64,000 nucleotides of DNA from Desulfurivibrio sp. (GTDB lineage: Bacteria; Desulfobacterota; Desulfobulbia; Desulfobulbales; SURF-16): contig QZKJ01000053.1 in the NCBI GenBank assembly GCA_003605035.1, forward strand, positions 99,507-163,506, read 5' to 3'. A program made the translations under genes and the position numbers. Position 1 is the stretch's first letter; the number at the start of each line of letters is the position of its first letter. The notes below the pieces were generated by a model. It saw nothing but the letters and a program-made list of their open reading frames with translations. It made no database searches and was not told where the DNA came from. Below, one piece after another: positions 53,926-62,356 of the stretch.

Positions 53926-55311
53926 TTATTCCTGAATGTTTCTATTGACCTCGATCTGGTATTTTTTTAAGTATTTCCAAAGAGTTACTCTACTGATGCC
54001 CATAAGGCGGGCAGCTTCGGATTTATTGCCGCCGGCAGCCTTCAGGGCCTTGACCAGGCGTTGCCGTTCGTCTTCCGTTTTGCTCAACTGCGATTTGAGG
54101 ACCGGAAAATTCAACATTTTCAGTTGCGTGGCAAAATGAGGGGGGAGATGCTCAGGGAGAATTTCGTCGCCTGCGCAGAGGACAAAGGCGTAGTCCATGG
54201 CATTGATCAGTTCCCGCACGTTGCCAGGCCAGTTGTATTGAGAAATCAGTTCCAGGGCCTCTTTGCTTATCCTATTGATTTTCTTGCCTGTTTTGATGCT
54301 GTTGTTGCCGATGAAAAATTCAACCAGGGCCGGGATGTCATCTTTTCTTTCCCTGAGGGGAGGGAGAGTGATGGGGATGACCCCGATGCGGTAATAAAGG
54401 TCCTCCCTGAAGCGCCCTTCCTTGATAAGTTTCGGCAGATTCTTATTGGTGGCGGCAATAATGCGGATCCGCAGGGGAACGGCAGGGTGGTCGACTGCCC
54501 CGGGGATTTCATGCTCCTGGAGAACGCGAAGCAGTTTGAGCTGCAGAGCAGGGGGCATATCGCCGATTTCGTCCAGAAAAAGGTCGCCGCCGTTGGCCGC
54601 TTCCAGTCGGCTGACCGCCCCTGCAGCGGAGCCAGTAGAGGCTCCTTGTATCTGGCCGAACAGTTCTCTTTCCAGCAGCTCCTCGTTAAGGGCCGCACAG
54701 TTGACTTTGACAAAGGGGCCTTCCCGCCTGCCACCGAGCCGGTGCAGGGCGGCGGCGACAAGCTCTTTGCCGGTGCCGCTCTCTCCATAAATGATAACCG
54801 GCGCATGAGAATGGGCAGCGCTCCTGGTAAGGTCAAACATCCTGCGCATGACCTCGGAGCTGCCGATCAGTCCCTGAAAGCCGTCTTCATAAGTAATATG
54901 CCGCTTGAGGCGGTTGATAATCCTGTCTTTTTCCTCAAGGGAACTCAGGTCGGTCAGATTTTCAACAGCCGCCACCACCGTATCTGTTTCATCGGTCAAG
55001 GTTGTCGCGTTCTTCAAGACGGTGACCACCGTTCCATCCTTGCGGCGGAAGCTGCAGCGCAGATTTTTTTCCTCGCCATGTTGGAACAGGCTGCAGTCCC
55101 TGGGTCTTCCTCTTCTTTTTGCCCTGTCGCAGCTGTCACATTCCAGAATGTCACAGCTTTTGCCGATAAGTTCGTTTCTCTTGTAGCGTAACAGTTCTTC
55201 CAGGGCGTTATTGACATAAAGAATTTTGCCGGACGGGTTAACCAGCATCAGTCCATCGGTCATGGTTTCGATGATTTTGTGACCACTTTTGGCTAAGATT
55301 TGTTCCAGCAT
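53926..55311 (-). CDS. PAS-domain sigma-54-type enhancer-binding protein with a variant GAFTGA loop
   Basis: 461-aa ORF with a PAS region, AAA+ domain (GESGTGKE, DLFLDEIGDM) and a Fis-type HTH (EAARLMGISRVTLWKYLKK). The GAFTGA position reads GASTGS. Confidence 0.9.
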   Translation of the reverse strand: MLEQILAKSGHKIIETMTDGLMLVNPSGKILYVNNALEELLRYKRNELIGKSCDILECDSCDRAKRRGRPRDCSLFQHGEEKNLRCSFRRKDGTVVTVLKNATTLTDETDTVVAAVENLTDLSSLEEKDRIINRLKRHITYEDGFQGLIGSSEVMRRMFDLTRSAAHSHAPVIIYGESGTGKELVAAALHRLGGRREGPFVKVNCAALNEELLERELFGQIQGASTGSAAGAVSRLEAANGGDLFLDEIGDMPPALQLKLLRVLQEHEIPGAVDHPAVPLRIRIIAATNKNLPKLIKEGRFREDLYYRIGVIPITLPPLRERKDDIPALVEFFIGNNSIKTGKKINRISKEALELISQYNWPGNVRELINAMDYAFVLCAGDEILPEHLPPHFATQLKMLNFPVLKSQLSKTEDERQRLVKALKAAGGNKSEAARLMGISRVTLWKYLKKYQIEVNRNIQE

Positions 55312-55452
55312 GATATTTTCGCTCCATTTATTTCCAAGGTATCTGTTATCTCATCTTAGCATATGTAAACGGTTAATGCATGTTTTAAAGCGTGTTTCTT
55401 GATGTAAAGAAAAGGGGTGTCCGGCGCTTGACGGCGGCTATGCTTGACAGGC

Positions 55453-55533
55453 GGGCGAGGGGGAGGAGGGAAGTGTCTGGGGCGGGCGGAGACGGACGGG
55501 ATCGGGTGGGCAGTTTCCCAGGGTGGCGCAGGG
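55453..55533 (+). other. G-tract cluster (G-quadruplex-prone) in the divergent spacer
   Basis: Ten runs of 3 or more G within 81 nt on the plus strand, between the sigma-54 activator gene (starts at 55311, minus strand) and the small ORF at 55689. Confidence 0.6.
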
Positions 55534-55688
55534 ATAATGACAAAACGTTCAGTCAGCCAAAAAAAATAATTTTATTTTTCGCGTTGACTGCTAAGATAGG
55601 GCCGGGTTTGTCCAGGCGGCAAATCCGGCTGTTCATGGATGACCTCAAAAAAAGAGGCAATACGAATAAATCAGACAGGAAGGGAGCG

Positions 55689-55970
55689 ATGGCTGAGAAT
55701 ATTGACGAAATTTCAATTAATTATGAAGAGGACGGCGTTTTGCTTGTCAAGGAGCTTGATAAGGTTGTGCTGTCCAAGGGGGCCTGGTCGACCATCATCT
55801 TCCGTTATCAGCAATGGGACGGCAAGGCCAATGCTTATGGGCCGGACCGCTATACCATCCGCCGTTACCGCAAGATGAAAGGGGTCTATCAGGCCCAGGG
55901 CAAATTTAATATTTCCAGCAAGGAACAGGCGCAGAAAATTGCGGATGCCCTGCTGGGCTGGATCTCCTGA
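55689..55970 (+). CDS. hypothetical small protein
   Basis: 93 codons starting at the ATG that follows AAGGGAG. The composition is protein-like (MAENIDEISINYEEDGVLLVKELDK...). I do not recognise a family. The longer ORF-track N-terminus is G-rich nonsense. Confidence 0.5.
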   Translation: MAENIDEISINYEEDGVLLVKELDKVVLSKGAWSTIIFRYQQWDGKANAYGPDRYTIRRYRKMKGVYQAQGKFNISSKEQAQKIADALLGWIS

Positions 55971-56183
55971 GTTGACTGATTGAGGGGCATGGCTCGTCCT
56001 CCGCGGGGGAGGTTTTGCTGAAAAAATCTCACCTGACCTCTGGAATATCTTGATAAAGAGAATTATACTGTAACAGAGATGAGACAGTCCGCGCCGTAAG
56101 CGTCGAGCTGCAAAACCAGGCAGGTAATGCTGCCGGCAAGGCGCCAGGCGGAAACGCCCTGGTCTGGGGGGAATAAGCACGAC

Positions 56184-56393
56184 ATGAAGTTTGATTTCAA
56201 GATCGATTATATCAGCCAGACCGCCGCTCATTTTACCACATTCAGCCTGACGGAACAGAGCCGCCGCATTCTGGAGGCGAATCTGCATGATCTGGCGGAC
56301 CGGGCCAGGCAAACGCAGGCCGACATCGGCGGCAGGGCATGGGATAAAGCGGTGGCGCGGATGAAGGGCGGTAAGGTGAATACGGTCGGTTAG
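56184..56393 (+). CDS. hypothetical small protein (weak)
   Basis: 69 codons from an internal ATG of ORF 56127..56393 (MKFDFKIDYISQ...). No recognisable motif. Confidence 0.3.
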   Translation: MKFDFKIDYISQTAAHFTTFSLTEQSRRILEANLHDLADRARQTQADIGGRAWDKAVARMKGGKVNTVG

Positions 56394-56494
56394 CCTTGCC
56401 GCGGTTACGCGGCTTTTTGCTTGACAGAGCGCCGGGCAAAAATTAATTAAGTAATGCAATTTCAGTCAACAGCGGAAATGGCATACAGGAAGGT

Positions 56495-56815
56495 TTGGCA
56501 ATGAAGTTCTGGTGGTCGAAAAAAAAGTGTGCCCATCATGGCGGCCCGCAGTGCAGCAAGGCGCCGTCGTGCAGGGAAAAATGCCGGCTGCTCAGTGACA
56601 TTACCCCCGGCAGCTGTGTCTGCGTGAAAAGGCACAACTCCTGCGGTGCGGTGCGGCAACGGCTGCTCGATCTGGGCATTACCCCTTTGGCCAGGATTGC
56701 GGTGGTCAACCGGGCCCCCCTTGGCGGCGCTATCCAGTTGCGTGTAGGTGAATCGAATCTCGTTTTGAGCAAGTCCGAAGCTGATCAGATTGAAGTTGAC
56801 CTTGTCATGCCGTAG
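56495..56815 (+). CDS. FeoA-domain protein with a Cys-rich N-terminal extension
   Basis: 106-aa ORF. Its C-terminal ~70 aa show the FeoA/SH3-like pattern (RLLDLGITPLARIAVVNRAPLGGAIQLRVGESNLVLSKSEADQIEV). No feoB is nearby. Confidence 0.65.
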   Translation: MAMKFWWSKKKCAHHGGPQCSKAPSCREKCRLLSDITPGSCVCVKRHNSCGAVRQRLLDLGITPLARIAVVNRAPLGGAIQLRVGESNLVLSKSEADQIEVDLVMP

Positions 56816-56964
56816 TTCCTTCCGATTTCCTTCCCACCCCGGCTTTTTTTCTGCGAAAAAACGTTTAGTTTGCATAGGTTGTGTGGTATTCTCTGGCTGA
56901 AACTGATAATTGTTGACATCCCTGCGCGCTGTGAAAACGGCAGGAATTTTCCGTAAACGAGTGT

Positions 56965-57873
56965 TTGCCAGAGTTCGGAGATATTTTTATGACAGGAGTT
57001 GCCGCAGAACAGGAACTGTACCGCGCCTGCCGCATTATTTTCGGGCCCGATTTAACGGTATCGCGGGAATTTCTCGAATATATCCAGTCTTCCGGAGTAA
57101 AAAGCGCCTTTCGCAAAAAGGCCATGGAAACCCATCCGGACCGCCTGCCCGACCTCGATGAGCTGGCAAGAAAGAGAAGCGCCCGCCTGTTTCTTACTGT
57201 GCAGCAGGCCTATGAACAACTGATGCAATACCTTGAGGCCCGTGAAAAGGGCTTTCGTTTTCATGGCCGGGGACCCTCTGCCGCCGCCACCTTCTGCGCG
57301 GTCAGACGCAGCCCCTTTCAGGCCAGGCCGCAGAACGGCAAAGCAACTGCGGCGGCAGATAAAGTTGCCGAACCGGCCGGCGGCTGGCAGAAGAAGGGCG
57401 GGACAGGGAAATTTTGCCGGCAGGAGGAGGGGCAAAGGCCTTTTTATGCCCAGGATCTCTATCGCGGGCCTATACCTGAGCGGCGGCTGCTCTTCGGGCA
57501 CTATCTCTACTATGCCGGCCAGGTCAGCTGGCAGAGTGTTATCAAGGCATTATCCTGGCAGAAGGCACAGCGGCCGCGGCTGGGGGAAATCGCCCGGGCC
57601 CGGGGCTTGCTCAGCGGTGACGACATTTTCGTCGTGTTAAAGGGCTGTGTCAGCTCGTCGCTGCCCTTTGGCCAGCAGGCCCTGCAGCAGGGATTGCTGA
57701 CCAGGACCCAGCTTCTCGCCCTGTTGTTTGAACAGCGGCGCCGGCATAAGAAAATCGGTGAGTTTTTCGTTATACAGAATATACTGACCTCCCGTCAGCT
57801 GCAGCAGCAGCTTGCCCTTTTTCAGCGCCATAATGCAAGGCTTGCCCGCACGCGTCCCGCCTGGCCAAGATAG
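56965..57873 (+). CDS. J-domain (DnaJ-like) protein
   Basis: 302-aa ORF (an alternative ATG lies at 56989) with a J-domain containing HPD (FRKKAMETHPDRL...QQAYEQL). The C-terminal half has repeated LGEI..G.L....L motifs. Confidence 0.7.
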   Translation: MPEFGDIFMTGVAAEQELYRACRIIFGPDLTVSREFLEYIQSSGVKSAFRKKAMETHPDRLPDLDELARKRSARLFLTVQQAYEQLMQYLEAREKGFRFHGRGPSAAATFCAVRRSPFQARPQNGKATAAADKVAEPAGGWQKKGGTGKFCRQEEGQRPFYAQDLYRGPIPERRLLFGHYLYYAGQVSWQSVIKALSWQKAQRPRLGEIARARGLLSGDDIFVVLKGCVSSSLPFGQQALQQGLLTRTQLLALLFEQRRRHKKIGEFFVIQNILTSRQLQQQLALFQRHNARLARTRPAWPR

Positions 57874-59678
57874 TGATTTATAACAATCTCATATATCTTG
57901 TCGTTGTCATTTTTATCCTCTCAACCAACAGCATCCCGGATGCGCCGCTGCTGGGCGCAGGTTTCACCTCCCTGATCTTTGTGCTGAAGGCCGCCTTTTT
58001 TTTTCTGCTGGTGCGCTTCACCTATGGCGGAAAGCGGGTAACCCAGGCTGCCGACTATTTCTCCGCTGAACTCAAACTCTCCATCCTGGCTATTATTTCT
58101 CTGGCCATCGATGTCTATTTTCTCGACTGTCAATATTATTTCGCCCGGCTGCCCGGCACGCACAGCCTGCCGGTGCTGACCAGCCTGGCCGGCATTCTGC
58201 TTTTTTTCTTCTATCTCTGTCTGATCTGGTACGGAGCCAGAAAGAGCTACGGCACGGTTTTCGGCCGGCAGCACGCCGGTTTTACCTTTATCAAAACCAA
58301 TCTGAAAAATAATCTCCCCATTATCCTGCCATGGCTGACCCTGTCACTGCTGGCGGATATCCTGCTGCTGCTGCCCTTTCCCGCCGTTAAGAAATTTTTC
58401 CAGTCATCCTGGGGAGAACCGCTTTTTTTCCTCATCTTCTTTATCCTGCTGGCCGTGGCCTTTCCGGAGATCATCAGGCGTCTGTGGGGCTGCCGGCCCA
58501 TGCCGCCGGGACTGGTGCGCAGCCATATCGAGAACTTCTGCAGCAGACAGGGGTTGAAATATGCCGATATCCTCGTCTGGCCCCTGTTTGAGGGGCTGGT
58601 GCTGACCGCCGGCATCATGGGGCTGATCCGGCGTTTTCGCTATATCCTCTTCACCCCTGCCCTGTTGCGGAATCTGACCGTTGAGGAGGTTGACGCGGTA
58701 ATGGCCCATGAAATCGGCCATGTGAAACGCTACCATCTCCAGCTGTATATCGTCCTGTTGCTGGGTTTCAGTCTCATCGCCCAACTCGGCTCCTATCTTT
58801 TCATGTATGTGCTGCTGAAATCCGATCATTTTTACGAACTCAGCGCCCTCCTGGGCAAGAAGACGGATACGGTCCTGATCTTTGTCAGCACCATTGCCCT
58901 GCTGCTGCTGCTGATTTTTTATTTCCGCATCGTCTTCGGCTTTTTCATGCGCAATTTTGAGCGGCAGGCAGACCTGCATGCCATGGAAAGCATGGGGAGC
59001 AGCCAGGGTATTGTCAATGCCTTGGAAAAGGTGGCCTGGCTCAGCGGCAATATCCGCGAGCTGCCCAGCTGGCATCACTTCGGCATTGCCGAGCGGGTCG
59101 ATTTCCTCAGCCGCTGCCAGCAGGACCGGGTGCAGATCGGCAGACATCACCGCAAGGTCTATGGGGCGCTGCTGCTCTATATTTTTGTCCTGGCCGGTAC
59201 GGGCTTCACCCTGTGGAAGATGCCGGATGATCTGCTGCAGCGGGCGCCCCTGGACCATCTGACCAGGCTCTACCAGGAAAAGGCCGGCGAAGAGCCGAAT
59301 AATGCTCTCTGGTATCAGTTGCTCGGCGACCTGCACCAGGGCAGGAAATTCTATGCCCAGGCAATTGCTTCCTATGAAAAGGGGCTGCAGATTGCCCCGG
59401 ACCACCCGGAGATCATGAACAATCTCGCCTGGATTCTGCTCACGGCCGAGGATGCACAAATTGCTGATCCGGCCAGAGCGCTCATGCTGGCCAGGAAGGC
59501 GGTGGAGGAAAAACCGGCGGGCTATATCTTTGATACCCTGGCCCTGGCCTTTTGGCTGAATGGTTTTACCGAGCGGGCCCGGCAGGCGGAAGAACGAGCG
59601 ATCGCCCTTGATCCGGAAAACCGGGATTATTATCGGAAACAGCTGGAGAAATTCAGCGCGACCCGGCAGATGAACTGA
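57873..59678 (+). CDS. polytopic M48-family zinc metalloprotease with C-terminal TPR repeats
   Basis: 601-aa ORF whose GTG start overlaps the J-domain gene stop by 1 nt. It has more than 6 TM helices, HEIGHVKRYH, and TPR repeats at the C-terminus. Confidence 0.85.
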   Translation: MIYNNLIYLVVVIFILSTNSIPDAPLLGAGFTSLIFVLKAAFFFLLVRFTYGGKRVTQAADYFSAELKLSILAIISLAIDVYFLDCQYYFARLPGTHSLPVLTSLAGILLFFFYLCLIWYGARKSYGTVFGRQHAGFTFIKTNLKNNLPIILPWLTLSLLADILLLLPFPAVKKFFQSSWGEPLFFLIFFILLAVAFPEIIRRLWGCRPMPPGLVRSHIENFCSRQGLKYADILVWPLFEGLVLTAGIMGLIRRFRYILFTPALLRNLTVEEVDAVMAHEIGHVKRYHLQLYIVLLLGFSLIAQLGSYLFMYVLLKSDHFYELSALLGKKTDTVLIFVSTIALLLLLIFYFRIVFGFFMRNFERQADLHAMESMGSSQGIVNALEKVAWLSGNIRELPSWHHFGIAERVDFLSRCQQDRVQIGRHHRKVYGALLLYIFVLAGTGFTLWKMPDDLLQRAPLDHLTRLYQEKAGEEPNNALWYQLLGDLHQGRKFYAQAIASYEKGLQIAPDHPEIMNNLAWILLTAEDAQIADPARALMLARKAVEEKPAGYIFDTLALAFWLNGFTERARQAEERAIALDPENRDYYRKQLEKFSATRQMN

Positions 59679-59680
59679 CC

Positions 59681-60229
59681 ATGACTGACCAACAGGGAAA
59701 CGAGAGAGCGCGCCGCGGCCTGGTCCTGCTGCATACCGGCGACGGCAAGGGAAAATCGACGGCCGCCTTCGGCCAGGCGCTGCGAGCGGCGGGCCAGGGG
59801 CTCAAGGTATGCATAATCCAGTTCATCAAGGCCCAGACCGGCACCGGTGAAGCCCGGGCGTTTCAGGCCCTGGCCGGCCAGGTGGAGTTTCATGTCAAGG
59901 GCAGCGGCTTCACCTGGCAGCAGAAAAATAAGGACGAAGTGATCCGGGTCGCCAGGCAGGCCTTTGCCTTTGCCCGGGAAAAGATCATGAGCGGCCGTTA
60001 TGACATGGTGGTGCTGGATGAATTGACCTATCTGCTCTCCTACGGCATGGTGGCCGAGGAAGAGGTGCTTGAGCTGATCAGGCAGCGGCCGGCCAGCCTG
60101 CATCTGGTGATCACCGGCCGCGATGCCGGTGAGAAACTGGTGGCGGCCGCGGACCTGGTGTCCGAGGTGCGGATGATCAAGCACCCTTACGCAGCCGGGG
60201 TGAAGGCGCAGAAGGGGATTGAATTTTAG
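59681..60229 (+). CDS. cobO: cob(I)yrinic acid a,c-diamide adenosyltransferase
   Basis: 182-aa ORF with a P-loop TGDGKGKSTAAFG, IQFIK, LDELTY, and the ending IKHPY..G..AQKGIEF. Confidence 0.9.
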   Translation: MTDQQGNERARRGLVLLHTGDGKGKSTAAFGQALRAAGQGLKVCIIQFIKAQTGTGEARAFQALAGQVEFHVKGSGFTWQQKNKDEVIRVARQAFAFAREKIMSGRYDMVVLDELTYLLSYGMVAEEEVLELIRQRPASLHLVITGRDAGEKLVAAADLVSEVRMIKHPYAAGVKAQKGIEF

Positions 60230-60936
60230 CCTGTCTGGCTGTCCCCGCCCCGGCTGATGGCCAGCGGGGTCTGGAAATCGAGGGCGCTCAGATCCCTGCC
60301 CGCGATCAGCGCCTCACCAAGCATGACACCAAAGCGGCAGGCCTCTTCCAACTGCTTTTTTTCATGGCCGTACCTGGGGTAATATCTGCCGATGAGTCGC
60401 GATCGCTCCGGAGACCTGCCGGCCAGCTTCAAAAACACCCCGATGGTGCGCCAGGGCTCTTTGCTGGGATGGGTAAAGATAATGCGGTTGACTACCGAGG
60501 CCCCGTGTTTTTTCAGCAGGGCGGCTAAACCGAACCAGTGCATCCGCCAGTAGCCCCGGCAGGAAATGAGGGTGATTACCCTCTGTCGGGCAAAAAGGGT
60601 GCTGCCGTCGCGGTCAAAAAGTGAGAGGATGGGGCCGCTCGGATGATAGGACCAGGTGGGGCCGGCGAGGATGATGAGATCATGGCAGCCCTTGCATTTA
60701 TCTGATAATGGTGCTATGGGAATGCGCTTTCGGAAAAAGGTGAGCAGCATCATGAGCACGGTTGCCCGGATGGAACCGAAGGGAAAGCGCAGAGGCTTCA
60801 GCGGGCGCAGCCTTTCGATGGTTACCGTGACGCCGGCCGATTCCAGCCCGATGGTCAGTCTGGCCAGCAGGTTGCTCGTCTGGCCGCTCAATGAGTAACA
60901 GATAATTAATATTTTCTTTGCTGCAGCTGTATCCAT
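60226..60936 (-). CDS. hypothetical protein with a flavodoxin-like N-terminus
   Basis: 236-aa ORF. KKILIICYSLSGQTSNL resembles a flavodoxin-fold start, and the rest is unrecognised. It is divergent from hemY. Confidence 0.45.
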   Translation of the reverse strand: MDTAAAKKILIICYSLSGQTSNLLARLTIGLESAGVTVTIERLRPLKPLRFPFGSIRATVLMMLLTFFRKRIPIAPLSDKCKGCHDLIILAGPTWSYHPSGPILSLFDRDGSTLFARQRVITLISCRGYWRMHWFGLAALLKKHGASVVNRIIFTHPSKEPWRTIGVFLKLAGRSPERSRLIGRYYPRYGHEKKQLEEACRFGVMLGEALIAGRDLSALDFQTPLAISRGGDSQTG

Positions 60937-60974
60937 GAGGCTTCATTTTACCTCATGAAAAGGAATTTTTCATT

Positions 60975-62351
60975 ATGGAAAAGATTTCGGATGTGATCAT
61001 CATCGGCGCCGGTATTTCCGGCCTTGCCGCTGCCCATTTCCTCAAAAAATCAGCTCCGGGCCTGGAGGTCATGCTGCTTGAGGCAAGCGGGCGGGCCGGC
61101 GGGGCGATCCAGTCCTTTCATCAGGAGGGTTTCCTGGCGGAATGGGGTCCCCACGGTTTTCTGGACAATGCGGAGGAGAGCCGGGAAATTCTGGAGGATA
61201 CCGGCCTTTACCGTGAGGCGCAGCAGGCGCCGTTAGGGGATTTTCACCGCTATGTCTGCCACCGGGGCAGGCTCGTGCAGATCCCGCAGAGACCGGGCAA
61301 GATCCTCTCCACCCCGCTGCTGCCTTTCTGGGGGAAACTGCGGGTGCTGGCTGATCTGTGGATCAAGCCCGATCCCCGGGACCAGTCTTTGGGGCAATGG
61401 GCCGGCCGGCGCTTCGGCAGGAGCGTGCTGCCCCTGGTCGATGCGGCGGTGACCGGCAGCTATTCCGGCGATTACAACCTGCTCAGCATTGATTCGGTCA
61501 TGCCGGGTCTGCGCAGGCTGGAGCAGGAGCATGGCTCGGTCATCCGCGCCCTGCTGCGCAAGATGAAAGAGAAGAAGGGGTCGGTCAGGAAAAGACTGCC
61601 GGCCATGAACAATTTCCCCCAGGGACTTGATCGGCTGGTGGAGGTGCTGGAGCAGGGGAAAAATATTGCCTTTGCCAGTCCTGTCACCGCGGTCGGCCGG
61701 GAGAACGGCACGTGGCGGATCACCACGGCAAAAGGGGTGTTTTCAGCAAGAAACATCGTGATGGCCCTGCCGGTGAACAGTGCCCTGCAACTCCTGCCGG
61801 CCCTCCGCAAGCCGCCGCTTGCCCGGATCCCGGTGTCCAAGATCTGCAACGTGGCGCTGGGTTTTGCCGACAGCGCCAGGGTGCCCTATGGTTTCGGCTA
61901 TCTGGCGCCGGAACGCGAGCAGCGTTTTACCCTTGGGGTGCTCTTCTCCTCCCATATGTTTCCCAACCGGGCGCCGGCGGGCAAGGTGCTGCTGGAGGCC
62001 CTGGTGGGCGGCCGCCGGCATCCTGAACGGCTGGAGCTGGCCGACAAGGATATCATCTCCCTGGTGTGCCAGGATATCCGGCAGCTGATGGAGCTGCCGG
62101 AAAAACCGCTGTTTGCCAAAGTGCTGCGTCCGGCCAGCGCCATCCCCCAACTGGAGATGGATCATCCGAAGATGCTTGCCTACCGGGCAGGGCTTGAGCA
62201 GGACCATAAGGGCTTGTATATCTGTGGCTTTGGCTGGGACGGGGTGGGTATCAACGACATGGTGAAATCCGCCCGTAAGGCGGCGGTGGCTATCAGTGCT
62301 GGCGGCAGAGGCGATGAGGCCGCTGCCGCGGTCAAACCTGTTTATTTCTGA
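60975..62351 (+). CDS. hemY: protoporphyrinogen/coproporphyrinogen oxidase (HemY family, FAD-dependent)
   Basis: 458-aa ORF with the dinucleotide fold VIIIGAGISGLAAA and a length and C-terminus (YICGFGWDGVGINDMV) typical of HemY. Confidence 0.8.
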   Translation: MEKISDVIIIGAGISGLAAAHFLKKSAPGLEVMLLEASGRAGGAIQSFHQEGFLAEWGPHGFLDNAEESREILEDTGLYREAQQAPLGDFHRYVCHRGRLVQIPQRPGKILSTPLLPFWGKLRVLADLWIKPDPRDQSLGQWAGRRFGRSVLPLVDAAVTGSYSGDYNLLSIDSVMPGLRRLEQEHGSVIRALLRKMKEKKGSVRKRLPAMNNFPQGLDRLVEVLEQGKNIAFASPVTAVGRENGTWRITTAKGVFSARNIVMALPVNSALQLLPALRKPPLARIPVSKICNVALGFADSARVPYGFGYLAPEREQRFTLGVLFSSHMFPNRAPAGKVLLEALVGGRRHPERLELADKDIISLVCQDIRQLMELPEKPLFAKVLRPASAIPQLEMDHPKMLAYRAGLEQDHKGLYICGFGWDGVGINDMVKSARKAAVAISAGGRGDEAAAAVKPVYF

Positions 62352-62356
62352 TATTT

